A DNA stretch of 64,000 bases from an uncultured Nitrospinota bacterium (GCA_963707985.1 CAVPRW010000013.1:64186-128185), one strand, 5' to 3'. Numbered from the stretch's first letter, positions 21,801 through 33,270 are shown. Program-made: numbers and translations. Notes: generated by a model from the sequence alone, not told the origin.

Positions 21801-22853
21801 CTAATCCTTGAAGAGGGGCATCACTTTTGCGGCAAATAGCTCCAGAGAGTCCAGCACCTTACGGTTTTCGATGCCGCCATAGTTGATGAAGAAGATGAGG
21901 TTCTCGATCCCAGACTGGCGCAACCCGTCGATGCGCTCGGCCACAGACTCCGGAGTCCCGAAAATGGCCACATTCTCCCACATGGCATCATAGTTGGCAT
22001 ATACGCCCCGGGCATACCGTCGCCGGTACTCTTTAAAATCTTCGGGCAAGAGCTCCACCCGATGGTCTGGCGGTGAGCCCACCTCCTGCCCCGTGCGCTT
22101 GAACCACATGAAGGGAGCTTCGGTATCTCTGCGCGCTTGTTCCTGGCTGCGGGCGGTATACATGGCGCGGGCGGCGATGACACGTTGTGGGCCGTAGGTG
22201 AACCCGGCCTTCTCCACGGCGGTGCGGAAATACTCTGCCTGGGCCCCGACCTGCTGAAAACTCTCTCCCTGGCCGATCAGCAAATTCCAGTTGTGGTGCG
22301 CCACGCGGTCGATGCTGGTTGGATTGGAGGCAGCCACCCAGATCGGGGGATGCGGGCTTTGGACCGGCTTGGGGTGGAGGGTCATGTCATTGAAGCTCCA
22401 GAACTCCCCGCGATGGTCAAAGGGCTCGGTCGACGTCCAGGCCCTGACTATCACATCCATGGCTTCTTCAAAACGGCGGGTGGCCTCGTCCATGGGGATG
22501 TTGAATTTGTGAAACTCACCCCACTGATAGCCGCGCCCCACCCCTAGATCCAGGCGGCCCTCGCTGAGCAAATCCACCGTCGCCGCTTCTTCCGCGAGCT
22601 GAATCGGGTTATGGAACGGCAAGACAGCCACCGCGGTGGCTAGCCGAATCGATGTCGTCAACCCGGCGAGGTAGGCCAGAACAGTCATGGATGCCGGCAC
22701 GATGCCGTGGCGCGAGAAGTGGTGCTCGGTGAACCATACCGAATGAAAGCCGAGCTGCTCGGCCCACCGCACCTGCTCCAGAGCTTCCTGGTAATATTTC
22801 GCCTGCGTTCCCGGCTCGGGCAACTGCACGGATTGGAAGATGCCAAATTTCAT
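21801..22853 (-). CDS. LLM-class flavin-dependent oxidoreductase
   Basis: MKFGIF, WFTEHHF, PIQLAEEAATVDLLSEGRLDLGVGRGY, PKPVQSPHPPIW. Confidence 0.93.
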   Translation of the reverse strand: MKFGIFQSVQLPEPGTQAKYYQEALEQVRWAEQLGFHSVWFTEHHFSRHGIVPASMTVLAYLAGLTTSIRLATAVAVLPFHNPIQLAEEAATVDLLSEGRLDLGVGRGYQWGEFHKFNIPMDEATRRFEEAMDVIVRAWTSTEPFDHRGEFWSFNDMTLHPKPVQSPHPPIWVAASNPTSIDRVAHHNWNLLIGQGESFQQVGAQAEYFRTAVEKAGFTYGPQRVIAARAMYTARSQEQARRDTEAPFMWFKRTGQEVGSPPDHRVELLPEDFKEYRRRYARGVYANYDAMWENVAIFGTPESVAERIDGLRQSGIENLIFFINYGGIENRKVLDSLELFAAKVMPLFKD

Positions 22854-23121
22854 GTCTGCCTCCTGGGGGTTAGAGCATGTCCAGAACTTGCGTAACATAA
22901 ACCAAGGCCGCGGAGTTTGCAAATGCCCAACAGACAACAGCCATTTCTATGCGTTGTAGTCACTTGCATACGAGCCAATTGCCCAGAGGGGCTTGCTCGG
23001 TATATTCTTAGGCCTGGATACGCTAATTTTCCCCAGGCCACCAGGCAGCTGGGGTAGAGCGCATTTCTGGCACACTTCGCGAGTCTCTGCAGACCCAGGA
23101 CTTCGTGTTAGGAGCTCTTGC

Positions 23122-23967
23122 ATGACAGACATATGCATCACCTTCCTTGGGACAGGAGCTGGCAATTGCATCCACCGGGCACACACGGCCATTGTCGTGG
23201 ATTGCGCCGATGGCACCCGAGTGCTGATCGATACCGGCTCTGGCAACAGCGTCCTCCGTCATGGCGCCAAGCTCAATATGCTCGCCGAAGATTTCGAAGT
23301 GCTGCTCCTCACGCACCGACATCTGGACCACATGGGGGGACTTCCCTTCCTACAGGGGCAGCGCACGCTGGTCAACCCAGAGGCTCCTCCTCTCAAGGTG
23401 TACAGCAGCGAAGAATCTTTGGTCCACGCCGGGCGGCTTATCCACGTGTCTCGACCTGCTTTACGCCTAGATCAAGACGTTGTCTATACCCCAGAGGGCC
23501 AGGCGGTCTTCCGGTGGTATCCAACCCAGGAAGGTGAGCGCCTGCAGTTGGGGCCGAGCACCTACGCCTGTTCATTCGCGGTCGACCATCTCCCAGGAGC
23601 GGTGGGGTGGCGCATCGAGTCCAATGGTGTCGCGATCGTCTTTTCGGGAGACACCAAATTCAGTCCCAGCCTGCCGGAGTGGGCCAAGGGCGCCCGCCTG
23701 CTGATTCATGAAGCGTTGAGTACCGAAACGGAACGCGAGCGCACCTACCGGCGGGGGCATTCCACTGCGGCGGATGCTGGTCGCGCCGCAGCCCTGGCCG
23801 GCGTCTCCGAGCTGATCCTCACACACATCGATTCACCCTTCCACTTCGATACCAGCCCTCTGCTGGACGAAGCCAGGCAGCATTTCGATGGGCCGGTGAG
23901 TGTGGCCGATGACCTGCATCAGGTGATCATCGGGGTCAAAGTCTCCGGGATGTTGTCTGATCGATAG
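23122..23967 (+). CDS. MBL-fold metallo-hydrolase (RNase Z-like)
   Basis: FLGTG, LIDTG, THRHLDH, FSGDT, LIHEA, GHST, LTH. Confidence 0.9.
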   Translation: MTDICITFLGTGAGNCIHRAHTAIVVDCADGTRVLIDTGSGNSVLRHGAKLNMLAEDFEVLLLTHRHLDHMGGLPFLQGQRTLVNPEAPPLKVYSSEESLVHAGRLIHVSRPALRLDQDVVYTPEGQAVFRWYPTQEGERLQLGPSTYACSFAVDHLPGAVGWRIESNGVAIVFSGDTKFSPSLPEWAKGARLLIHEALSTETERERTYRRGHSTAADAGRAAALAGVSELILTHIDSPFHFDTSPLLDEARQHFDGPVSVADDLHQVIIGVKVSGMLSDR

Positions 23968-24170
23968 CTCGACGTTGGCCTCGAGCCTGAGTGCCACTGG
24001 CTCTCCTACAGTCCGGGAGCTCTCTGCTCTGGCTGCTGCCGTGCGGGAGAATAGCGCTGATCACCTCGACCGCGGACAGTATTCCGTAGAAGCCTTTTGT
24101 AGTATAGTGGGTCCCGCGTAACCGAGGAGTGCGCGCGAAGATCATTTCTTCCTGACAGAGGGGATAAGAG

Positions 24171-24986
24171 ATGGCAATCGTGGAAACCGAGCGCCAGGAC
24201 CAAGTCATGGTGATCCGCATGAACCGGCCAGAGCGTCTCAACGCCCTTGGCCAGGAGCTCCGTAACCTGTTGGCGGAGGCGTGGTGCGAGTTTCGAGACA
24301 GCGATCAGCTTGAGGTGGCGGTGTTCACCGGCACCGGCCGGGCCTTCTGCGCCGGCGAGGATATGAAGGAGTCGCTCGAGCGTGGCGCACCAGGCAGGGG
24401 GCAACAACGAGCCGCCGATCCTTTCATGGATGGAACGCTGATGAAGCCGGTGATCGCCGCCATCAATGGGTATGCCATGGGGGGTGGGTTTGCGCTGGTC
24501 GAGCGCACCGATTTGCGGGTCGCCGTCCGCGGTGCCATTTTTGAGGTCTCCGAGGCCAAACGCTGGCTCCTTGGTGGCTACCAGCACGGGTTCTTCGCCG
24601 GACTCCCACACCCTATCGCCACCGAGATGGCGCTGGGGTTTCGCTTTACGGCCGAACGCCTGTACGAGGTTGGATTCCTGAACCGCCTCGTGGACTCCGA
24701 CCAGCTGTTGCCCACGGCCATCGAGATGGCCCAGCATATGCTGACGTTGCCGCCAGCGTCGCGTGTCAACACGGTCTACATGATGCGGCAGATGCGGGCA
24801 CGTATTGCACCAAATCTCCAGCGCCTCGCGGCCAAGCTTCACGAGCATGGGGACAAGGAAGATCTGATGGAATCGCGTCGAGCCTTCGCCGAGAAACGCC
24901 AGCCCAACTTCAAGGGCTGGAAGGATCCGGCCGATCGCCATCGGCTGCCGACGCTTGATGAGCCTGAGGTGAGCGCCACCGAGTAA
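24171..24986 (+). CDS. Enoyl-CoA hydratase/isomerase family
   Basis: MNRPERLNAL, AFCAGEDMKE, KPVIAAINGYAMGGG. Confidence 0.92.
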   Translation: MAIVETERQDQVMVIRMNRPERLNALGQELRNLLAEAWCEFRDSDQLEVAVFTGTGRAFCAGEDMKESLERGAPGRGQQRAADPFMDGTLMKPVIAAINGYAMGGGFALVERTDLRVAVRGAIFEVSEAKRWLLGGYQHGFFAGLPHPIATEMALGFRFTAERLYEVGFLNRLVDSDQLLPTAIEMAQHMLTLPPASRVNTVYMMRQMRARIAPNLQRLAAKLHEHGDKEDLMESRRAFAEKRQPNFKGWKDPADRHRLPTLDEPEVSATE

Positions 24987-25108
24987 CGATCCGGCGTGCC
25001 ATGTGAAGTGCTATGGTGACACGGCAGATCGAGCGATCCTGCCTCATCACGGCGCATGGCCTGTTGTCTGCTCTCATCGATATAAGGCGAGAGTACACGG
25101 AGGCAATC

Positions 25109-25960
25109 ATGAACATAGGTATGAATACGAGAGTCTCGAGCCGATCGCTGGACGTCGCGATCGTGGCTCAGAAAGCCGAGGCCCTGGGATTTGAGTCCCT
25201 GTGGCTGCCGGAACATGGAGCGATGCCAGTGCATGTGACGACTCGATACCAGGGCAGCCCGGATGGCAGCATTCCCCCGTCCATGAGTGACATCGGTGAC
25301 CCCTTCATCGGTCTGGCGCGGGCTTCTGCCGTGACCACGAGGCTCAAGTTGGGGACCGGGATCTGCCTGGTCCCGGAGCACCATCCGCTGCTGCTGGCTA
25401 AAGAGATCGCTACCCTGGACCACCTTTCCAACGGCAGGTTTCTATTCGGCATTGGCGCCGGGTGGTTACGCGAAGAGACGGAAATCATGGGGGGTAACTT
25501 TCCGCATCGATGGGGTCAAACCAGGGAAGCAGTGCAAGTGATGAAGGAGATCTGGACTAAAGAGGAGGCGGAGTTTCATGGGAAATTCTATGATTTTCCG
25601 CCGGTTCGTTCTGCCCCCAAGCCGTCTCGAAAGCCCCACCCGCCGATCTTCCTGGGCGGATCGGCAAAGAACGTCTTCAAGCGCGTGGTGGCTTGGGGGG
25701 ATGGCTGGATGCCGACACGAGCCACTCCTGAGGACATCAAGAATGCTCGGGCCACTCTGGCCGAACTCGCCGCTAGTGCTGGACGTGATCCCCGCTCGAT
25801 CGAGATCACAGTATACGGTGAGGCCGGCAATCCTGACATGCTGAAGCGCTTCGAAGACGCAGGTGCCGACCGGGTGATCGTCAGGCTCCAGACCACCGAA
25901 GGCGAGGCCGCAGTGGCGGAGCTGGAGCGGATGGCTGAGCAACTATTCTCACGAGTGTGA
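25109..25960 (+). CDS. LLM-class (probably F420-dependent) oxidoreductase
   Basis: GFESLWLPEH, LAKEIATLDHLSNGRFLFGIGAGW, WGDGWMP. Confidence 0.9.
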   Translation: MNIGMNTRVSSRSLDVAIVAQKAEALGFESLWLPEHGAMPVHVTTRYQGSPDGSIPPSMSDIGDPFIGLARASAVTTRLKLGTGICLVPEHHPLLLAKEIATLDHLSNGRFLFGIGAGWLREETEIMGGNFPHRWGQTREAVQVMKEIWTKEEAEFHGKFYDFPPVRSAPKPSRKPHPPIFLGGSAKNVFKRVVAWGDGWMPTRATPEDIKNARATLAELAASAGRDPRSIEITVYGEAGNPDMLKRFEDAGADRVIVRLQTTEGEAAVAELERMAEQLFSRV

Positions 25961-26010
25961 GGCCTGGACACATGGATGCCGTCCATTCCGCTGTCTGCGG
26001 CAGGTTGCTC

Positions 26011-26047
26011 GTCCCTTCTCGCTTTGGGAGAGGGTTAGGGTGAGGGA
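26011..26047. repeat. REP-like palindromic element
   Basis: CCCTTCTCGCTTTGGGAGAGGGTTAGGGTGAGGG; related copy at 56776. Confidence 0.55.
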
Positions 26048-26196
26048 GTGAGGATGGCATCGCAGAAGTTCCTTTGGATGCCCTGCTACCAATAGATCCT
26101 GGGGAGGTTTCGCTTGACCCGCTGCAGGTTCAGTTTTACACTGCGCTGGACACAGGATCGCTTGATGGCGCGAACCGTCTTGACCAGGAGGGAATT

Positions 26197-27177
26197 ATGC
26201 GAGCCGTGGCCTTTACGCAGATCGGAGAACCGGAAGTCTTGCACGTGATGGATGTCCCCGATCCCGTGGTCGGACCGGGGCAGGTCCGTATCCGGGTGAG
26301 CGTGAGCGGAGTGAATTTTCGTGATGTCGGCGTACGTCGGCATGGCAGGAACGAGGGCAGCCGGGTCCCCGAACCAGTCGTGACTGGGATTGAAGCGGCG
26401 GGTGTGGTGGAGTCGCTGGGAGCTGGGGTGACGCATCTCAAAATAGGCCAGCGCGTGGCGACCATCTGTCAGGGCGGAGGCTACGGCGATCTGTTGGTCG
26501 TATCGGCGGCGCAGGCAGTTCCTCTACCGGATAGCATCAGCGACGAAGTAGGCGGCACTTTTCCCATGACCGGCTTTACCGCATGGCATCTGGTGCATAC
26601 CGCGGCCAAGGTGCAACCCGGCGACACGGTTCTGGTGCACGCCGCAGCAGGTGGCGTGGGAACGATGCTGTTACAGCTGGCCAAACGCGCCGGGGCGACG
26701 GTCCTAGGGACGGTCGGCAGCGATGATAAGATCGACACTGCTAAACGCTTTGGGGCCGATCATGTGATCAATTATCAGCGTGAGAATTTTGCCGACGTCG
26801 TGCGCACCTTGACCGCTGGTCGTGGGGTCGATGTCGTCATCGATGGCGTCGGGGCCGCGACCTGTCGGGATGACGTCAAGGCCTTGCACCCGTTCGGCCG
26901 ATTGGTGAGCTTTGGACGCGCCTCAGGGCCTGCGCAGCTCACCGGGGACGACTTACAGCCGAAAAGCCTCCAATGGTCACATTTCGGGGTCTTCACCGCC
27001 TATCAGCAACCGGACATCTGGAACCGCGGCGTGGCCAGTCTGGTGCCGTTGATCGCCAGTGGAGGCGTGGATCCCTATATCACCGCATCCTATCCCTGGG
27101 ACAAGGCTCCTGAGGCCCATCGCCGCCTGGAGGGTCGACAGACGCAGGGCAAACTGGCGCTGGTGCATGCCAACTAA
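26197..27177 (+). CDS. NADPH:quinone oxidoreductase (MDR family)
   Basis: GVNFRD, VLVHAAAGGVG, GRGVDVVIDGVG, GRLVSFGRASG. Confidence 0.92.
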   Translation: MRAVAFTQIGEPEVLHVMDVPDPVVGPGQVRIRVSVSGVNFRDVGVRRHGRNEGSRVPEPVVTGIEAAGVVESLGAGVTHLKIGQRVATICQGGGYGDLLVVSAAQAVPLPDSISDEVGGTFPMTGFTAWHLVHTAAKVQPGDTVLVHAAAGGVGTMLLQLAKRAGATVLGTVGSDDKIDTAKRFGADHVINYQRENFADVVRTLTAGRGVDVVIDGVGAATCRDDVKALHPFGRLVSFGRASGPAQLTGDDLQPKSLQWSHFGVFTAYQQPDIWNRGVASLVPLIASGGVDPYITASYPWDKAPEAHRRLEGRQTQGKLALVHAN

Positions 27178-27286
27178 TCTGTCTACGACCTTGTCGTGGG
27201 ACACGAGGCAACTGCTGCAGCGCTGAGAGTGCATGTGCAACATCATGAATCCTGCAACGATGATGGCCACGAGGAGGGCATAACAC

Positions 27287-28165
27287 ATGGCTACCGTAGG
27301 CACCGGCAAGTACACCTATACCCTGGTTCAGGACTGGGCCAAGCTACCCGCAGGTGAGACCTTCGCCATGGTCAGCGCGGTCGCCACCGACGCGCAGGAT
27401 CGGGTCTACGCCTTCCAGCGCAAGGACCCGCCGATCGTCGTCTTTGACCGGGAGGGAAACCTCCTGAGCAGCTGGGGCAACGGCGCTTTTCTGTTCGCCC
27501 ACGGCATTTTCATCGCCGATGACACCGTGTACCTGACCGATCGCGACAGCTCGGTGTGTCTGATGTATACCCTGGACGGCAAGCCCATTCAGATGTTGGG
27601 CCGGCACGGGGTGCACTCCGATACCGGCTGCGAACGGCCGGGCGATCTGGTGCCTCACGCTGCGGGTCCTTTCAATTACCCCAGCGAACTGGTGCCAGCC
27701 CCTTCCGGAGATCTGTATGTCTCCGACGGCTACCGCAACGCACGTGTGCACCGCTTTACGTGGGACGGCCAGTTGAAAAAATCCTGGGGTGAACCGGGCA
27801 AGACAGCCCCAGGCCATTTCCACCTACCTCACAGCCTGATCGTCGCGAACGACAAGGTCTACGTCTGCGATCGGGAGAACCACCGGCTGCAAGTGTTTAG
27901 CCTGGACGGGGAGTCTCTGGATATCTGGACCGATATCCAGCGGCCAATGGATATCTCCGTCGACCGTGACGGAGTGTTCTATGTGAGCGAGGGCAATGTG
28001 AACGGGTCTTCGGCGCGTGTCAGTGTGCTGGACGCGGCCGGCAAGGTGCTGGCACGGTTTCCTTGCCGGGGACCGGGCCACGGCAGTTGGGTCGATTCTC
28101 ATGGAGATATTTATGTAGGGCTGAGCAATCCGGGCGGGGTCGACAAATTCGTACGCCAGGGATAA
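27287..28165 (+). CDS. NHL-repeat beta-propeller protein
   Basis: LYVSDGYRNARVHRF, VYVCDRENHRLQVF. Confidence 0.9.
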   Translation: MATVGTGKYTYTLVQDWAKLPAGETFAMVSAVATDAQDRVYAFQRKDPPIVVFDREGNLLSSWGNGAFLFAHGIFIADDTVYLTDRDSSVCLMYTLDGKPIQMLGRHGVHSDTGCERPGDLVPHAAGPFNYPSELVPAPSGDLYVSDGYRNARVHRFTWDGQLKKSWGEPGKTAPGHFHLPHSLIVANDKVYVCDRENHRLQVFSLDGESLDIWTDIQRPMDISVDRDGVFYVSEGNVNGSSARVSVLDAAGKVLARFPCRGPGHGSWVDSHGDIYVGLSNPGGVDKFVRQG

Positions 28166-28223
28166 ATCCGGAAATATCACGGACAACCGAAGAGACAAAC
28201 CTCTTCAAGCGAGGAGAAGAGCC

Positions 28224-28598
28224 ATGCACGTCGTCAAAATTAGCGAACTACCAGAAGAACCGATGGGCAGTGCCACACCTATTGCGGGGTGGACCGGAGG
28301 AGCCGTCAGCCGGTCGCGGCAGACCATCATCCCAGATGGGGACTCCGACAACTACCGCTGCAGTGTCGTTAACTTTAAACAAGGGGCCACAACCGGGTGG
28401 CATGCCCATACGTGCGATCAGATCCTCGTCGTCACCGGCGGCAGCGGCATCGTCGCCTCAGAGCATGAGGAACGCGAGATCAACGTGGGCGACGTGGTCC
28501 ACATCAAGGCTGGCGAGCGTCACTGGCACGGCGCCAAAGCCAATACGACATTGTCGCATATTACCATTACGACGGCAGATGCTGAGAGCCGCCGGTAG
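28224..28598 (+). CDS. Cupin domain protein
   Basis: WHAH..DQILVVTGGSG, GDVVHIKAGERHWHGA. Confidence 0.9.
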   Translation: MHVVKISELPEEPMGSATPIAGWTGGAVSRSRQTIIPDGDSDNYRCSVVNFKQGATTGWHAHTCDQILVVTGGSGIVASEHEEREINVGDVVHIKAGERHWHGAKANTTLSHITITTADAESRR

Positions 28599-28720
28599 CC
28601 ATTCTGAGCCCGGCTAACAGGGGAGTGGACGCTCGCTCTCCGGACGTCCACGCCCCTACGCAATGGCACATCAATGCTTGTCCACCCGCGGCATGGCTGC
28701 CATCTTGGATCGCAGGGTGG

Positions 28721-29353
28721 TTAGTCGTGGCGGAAGCCCTTGCCGGATCGGTCGACAGGATCGGGACCTTGCACGCCGGCATAGCGGAACCTGAGGTCGT
28801 CCCAAAGATCGAGTCGCGACCAGTCAGGTGGATTGAGAACCTTCTTGCCGTCATCGGACAGGAACGGGTTTGGGAAGACGATGGTCGCCTGCTGCTCGCC
28901 ATGGCCGTTCCAAAGGCGCAGCCCCCATGAGCTCGGTGTCCCATCCAGCGACAGGCGGCGGAAGAACTCAGCCTGCGCACAGCGCCGATGCTGGGCGAGC
29001 TCTGGTGGGGTGGGATTGTGACGCGCCCCGCGTGTTGGACCGATGCAGAGGTGGAAGTGTGGAGCGCCGAAGGCGACGGTTAGATAGCCATCGAGTACCC
29101 CGACATGCGTCGGTGCGTGCGGCGCCTGAAACTCCCAGGCAGCACCCTGAATGATCGGTCCGAAGACGATCTTATTCCAATGTGACTCGAACAGTTCCCG
29201 CAGCAACCGTTCGAGCGTCGACTCGTCAGTCGGCAGCGGGAAAATCTCGACAATATGCCCGTCATCGTCCGTTACACGTGTAGGAACAACAGGGGTATCT
29301 GACACTGTTGCGGCGGTTTCTACTGGCATCTGCGACCCACCATCCGTAGCCAT
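28721..29353 (-). CDS. Conserved hypothetical protein
   Basis: Coherent ORF with FGPIIQGAAWE, HFHLCIG, SWGLRLWNG, FPNPFL; GGAGG RBS before ATG 29353. Confidence 0.75.
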   Translation of the reverse strand: MATDGGSQMPVETAATVSDTPVVPTRVTDDDGHIVEIFPLPTDESTLERLLRELFESHWNKIVFGPIIQGAAWEFQAPHAPTHVGVLDGYLTVAFGAPHFHLCIGPTRGARHNPTPPELAQHRRCAQAEFFRRLSLDGTPSSWGLRLWNGHGEQQATIVFPNPFLSDDGKKVLNPPDWSRLDLWDDLRFRYAGVQGPDPVDRSGKGFRHD

Positions 29354-29761
29354 CACTCTATGCCCTCCCTTCATCTCGCCCTCATTGCCTGCTGTGCCAT
29401 TTCTCGGATTGACGCAGCTATAGTACGCCGTAATTGCATGAGGGGCAACTCTCTTGACGACCGGGGGTGTGCGTGACTCGTGCCGAAGCCACCGACTCAT
29501 AACCATCGCCTTCTGATACCCACGACTCTCCCTTGATAGCTTGACCCTCAAGCACAGGGGTGTCACCATCATAGTCCCAGTTGCCCAATCGATGCATAGC
29601 GGGGAGCGCCAGCGCATCGACTCGACGCAGATTCTGGGCCGGTCATATCACTGCCCAAAATATCAACCGCATAGATTGACAAAGGTGACGAGCTCTAGGC
29701 CAAGAGGCTCTAGGCCAGTAGTTGGACAAATACCTGTCAATTTCATTGCAGCATTTTGAGG

Positions 29762-29789
29762 TTGACATGCACCAGCGACCTGCTACAGT
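29762..29789 (+). promoter_or_regulatory. sigma70-like promoter
   Basis: TTGACA-N16-TACAGT. Confidence 0.5.
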
Positions 29790-29845
29790 AGCGCCAATTT
29801 AGCGTTCTGCTGTTGCACCCGGCTGCTGTCATCGATGAGGAGGGG

Positions 29846-29947
29846 ATGCCAATGAAGACAGTGCCACCTTCCCAAGTGTCGATGTCGCTTAATGATGTTT
29901 GGCTTCAGTGTCGTATCCCAGTTTATGATAGAATACCAACTCCTTAA
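29846..29947 (+). CDS. Candidate small peptide (33 aa)
   Basis: GAGGAGG RBS; MPMKTVPPSQVSMSLNDVWLQCRIPVYDRIPTP*. Confidence 0.4.
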   Translation: MPMKTVPPSQVSMSLNDVWLQCRIPVYDRIPTP

Positions 29948-30276
29948 CCACGCCTAACCCCATCCCTTGGGGAGGGACATCTGCCCGTGCGTTGTGTATG
30001 ACACGGGCTGATCTTTTCTGGAAAAAATTGGCAGATAGCCACAAGGGCGGGGATCATGCCATGCTTCCCACGAAGGGAGCGCAGAGTTGCGACAAGACGG
30101 AAGCCCTCGTACGACTTCGTTGAGATAGCGACCTCAAAGAGCTCGTCCGAAAGTTGCCTAGGAAGTTGTTGAAGGCCATCGGCTTTTTTTGCTTCGAGGG
30201 TCGATGTTCATGCAGGGGCGACGCCTATTCCCACATCAACTCTGGTCTATTAGTGACAAGGCAAGGAGTCGTCGTC

Positions 30277-32243
30277 ATGGTGTCTGAGGAAGACCCTGCT
30301 TTCAGGCCCACCATGGGAATGACGCGCAAACTCGCGGCCATCCTCAGTGCCGATGTTGCGGAGTATAGCCGCTTGATGGGCGAGGATGAGGAAGCAACCA
30401 TTCGCACGGTGACGGTCTACCGAGAAGTCATCGCCACCCTCATCCAGCAGTACCGCGGTCGAGTCGTGGACTCTCCAGGGGATAATCTGCTAGCCGAGTT
30501 TGTCAGTGTGACGGATGCCGTCCAGTGCGCGGTAGCCATTCAGCGGGAGCTCAACGCGAGGAATACGGCACTCCCGCTTCAGCGTCGGATGCAGTTTCGC
30601 TTGGGCATCAACCTGGGGGACGTGATTCCGGACGGGGAGCGGATCTATGGCGATGGGGTCAATATTGCCGCACGCTTAGAGAGCTTGGCTGAAGCGGGCG
30701 GCATTTGCATTTCGGGGACCGTGTACGACCAGGTCGCGACCAAGCTCGCCTTAAGGTATGAGTTTCTGGGTGGGCGTACGGTCAAAAACATTACCAACCC
30801 GGTGCGGGTGTATCGGGTGCGATCAGAATCCGGCCCCCCGGGCCTCCAGCTGCATCGGCAGCACAGATTTGGTGTCGGACCTTGGTGGAGAATGGCCTGC
30901 GCGTTGGTGGGGCTGCTGATCATCGGGGGCGGCATAGTCAGCTGGCGGCTCTACCTCTATCCGTCATTGCCAATGAGCAGTTGCCCCCACCCAGGAGACC
31001 AGGCGCGCTCGTGTTGCCCAACAGGCCATCCATTGCCGTATTGCCGTTTGTCAACATGAGTGAAGATCCTGGCCAGGAGTATTTCAGCGACGGGATGACC
31101 GAGGATCTCATTACGGACCTCGCCAGGCTCGCGGGGCTGTTTGTCATTGCCCGAAACTCCGTCTTCATGTACAAAGGCAGGGCGGTCAAGCCTGATCAAG
31201 TAGGTCAGGAGCTCAGGGTGCAGTATGTACTAGAGGGCAGCGTGCGCAGGGCCAATAATCGCGTGCGGATCACTGCGCAGCTGATCGATGCCGCGACGGG
31301 CTACCATGTGTGGGCGGAGCGTTACGACCGGGACTTACAGGATATCTTCGCCGTGCAAGACGAGATCGCCTGGAGAATCACGAGAGCGCTGGCGCTGCGG
31401 TTAACACCGGAGGAAAGAGAACACATGGAACAAAAATACACGAACAACGTGGAGGCTTGGGAATATTTCATGCGCGGGGCAGAACTCTATCGGCAGTACA
31501 CAAAGGAGGCGAATGCGCAGGCGCGGGAGCACTTCGAAAAAGCCATTAGCCTGGACCCGCAGTTTGCCAGGGCCTATGCGAATCTGGCTGGTACCCATCG
31601 ACAAGATTGGACCTTTGAGTGGAGTCAGGATCTTCTCGCCTCACAGCAGCAGGCGCTCGACTTGGCGACAAAGTCTGTAGAGCTGGATCCTTCGCTACCT
31701 TATGGTCACCAGCAATTAGCCTATATCTTTGTGTACAAAATGGAACATGACCGAGCCATCGCTGAGGCACGGGAGGCCGTCCGACTGGGCGGCTCCAGTT
31801 ACGCAGATGGCTATGCTGTCTTGGCGCAGACGCTCATCTATAGTGGGCAGCCGGAGCAGGCGATTGAATTAATGGAGAAAGCCATTAGCCTGGACCCGAA
31901 GCCGGCTTATTACCGCTATCACATCGGCCAAGCATACTTTGTGATGGGGCAGAATGAGAAGTACGGGAAAGGACAATATGAGAAGGCCCTGGATTACTAT
32001 AGGAGGGCCGAGGAATACCTGCAGGAAGCCATAGCCATGAGCCCTAAGCATAGGCCGTCCCGTACGCACCTGGTGGCTGTGTACATCGAGTCTGGCCAGA
32101 ACGAGAAGGCATGGGCAGCATGGGACAACTTCCCGGGCATGGACCGCCTCATCGACCTTGAAAAGCGGCGACAGGTGGCCCCGTATCGAGATCAAGCACT
32201 CACACAGCGCTTTCGTGGCGGCTTTGCGGAAGGCGGGGCCTGA
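30277..32243 (+). CDS. Class III adenylate/guanylate cyclase - TM - TolB-like - TPR protein (frameshift near 30990, probably another at the 3' end)
   Basis: RKLAAILSADVAEYSRLM, GDNLLAEF, GDGVNIAARLE, hydrophobic segment, PSIAVLPFVNMS, YFSDGMTEDLIT, TPR repeats. Confidence 0.92.
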
Positions 32244-32323
32244 AAGGAAGGCCCCGTAGGCCCAGACAGGCTCTGTGGAAATCGATCTCGCGGTGACCGT
32301 CCCCGCCGCGCCGACGCCCGCAT

Positions 32324-33115
32324 TTAGCGCCCCTGGTACTGCGGGGCTCGCCGTTCGGCGAAGGCACGCGGCCCTTCCCGTGCATCCTCGGTTTGCCCGA
32401 TAATCCAGCGCAAAGCGCTACCGAGGCGCAAGGATTGCTCCAGCGTTTCGTCCAGGGCGGCCTGGGTGACCTCCTTCACCGCTTTGACGGCCAGCGGCGC
32501 ATGGCCCGCGATGCGCTGGGCGATCTGGCGCGCTGTGGGCAACAGCTCAGGCTCCGGCACGATGCGGCTGACCAGCCCCACCCGCAGTGCGCTAGCGGCA
32601 TCGATGGGATCACCGGTGAGGATCATTTCCATCGCCACGGCTTGGGGGACAGCTCGGATGAGGCGCTGTGGACCTCCCCCACCGGGAAAGAAGCCGCGTA
32701 CGATCTCCGGCAAGCCAAACCGTGCCTCGGGGGTACAAATTCTGATGTCGCAAACCAGTGATAGCTCAAAACCTGCGGCCAGGCAATAGCCGTCAATCGC
32801 TGCAATTAACGGCTTTTCCATGGGTACTCGCGCAAAACCTTGGGCCCGGCCGGCTTCGATGACCGAGGCGGCATTGACATCTTCTGCTCTACCGATCTGG
32901 GCCCGCTCTTTGAGGTCGGCACCCGCACTAAACGTCCGGCCCGCACCGCTGATGATGGCGACCCTGATGTCGTCCTCCTCTCGGACACGGTGCAACCCCT
33001 CGATGAGGGCCTGCCTGAGCTCGCGATTCATGGCATTGCGCACTTCGGGGCGGTTCAAAGTAATGACCGCCACGTGGTCTATCAGCTCAAACAACACTGG
33101 ATCATGACTCACCAT
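32324..33115 (-). CDS. Enoyl-CoA hydratase/isomerase family
   Basis: LNRPEVRNAM, FSAGADLKE, KPLIAAIDG, FGLPE. Confidence 0.93.
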   Translation of the reverse strand: MVSHDPVLFELIDHVAVITLNRPEVRNAMNRELRQALIEGLHRVREEDDIRVAIISGAGRTFSAGADLKERAQIGRAEDVNAASVIEAGRAQGFARVPMEKPLIAAIDGYCLAAGFELSLVCDIRICTPEARFGLPEIVRGFFPGGGGPQRLIRAVPQAVAMEMILTGDPIDAASALRVGLVSRIVPEPELLPTARQIAQRIAGHAPLAVKAVKEVTQAALDETLEQSLRLGSALRWIIGQTEDAREGPRAFAERRAPQYQGR

Positions 33116-33270
33116 GGTTCTCCTCTTGCCATTTGGGTTTGATGGTTGATCCGGGGAAAGCCGGGATTCTCGCTTTTCGACTTGACCCCGCAAGCGTTTT
33201 GGGGACAATGGTGGACAGTGCATGAGCAACGGATTAAGCGTTTCATCTTCACTCGCAGCCAGGAGGACAT

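Noticed and set aside
30060..30170. Possible c-di-GMP riboswitch before the cyclase
   Set aside because: The conserved GEMM motifs are not evident
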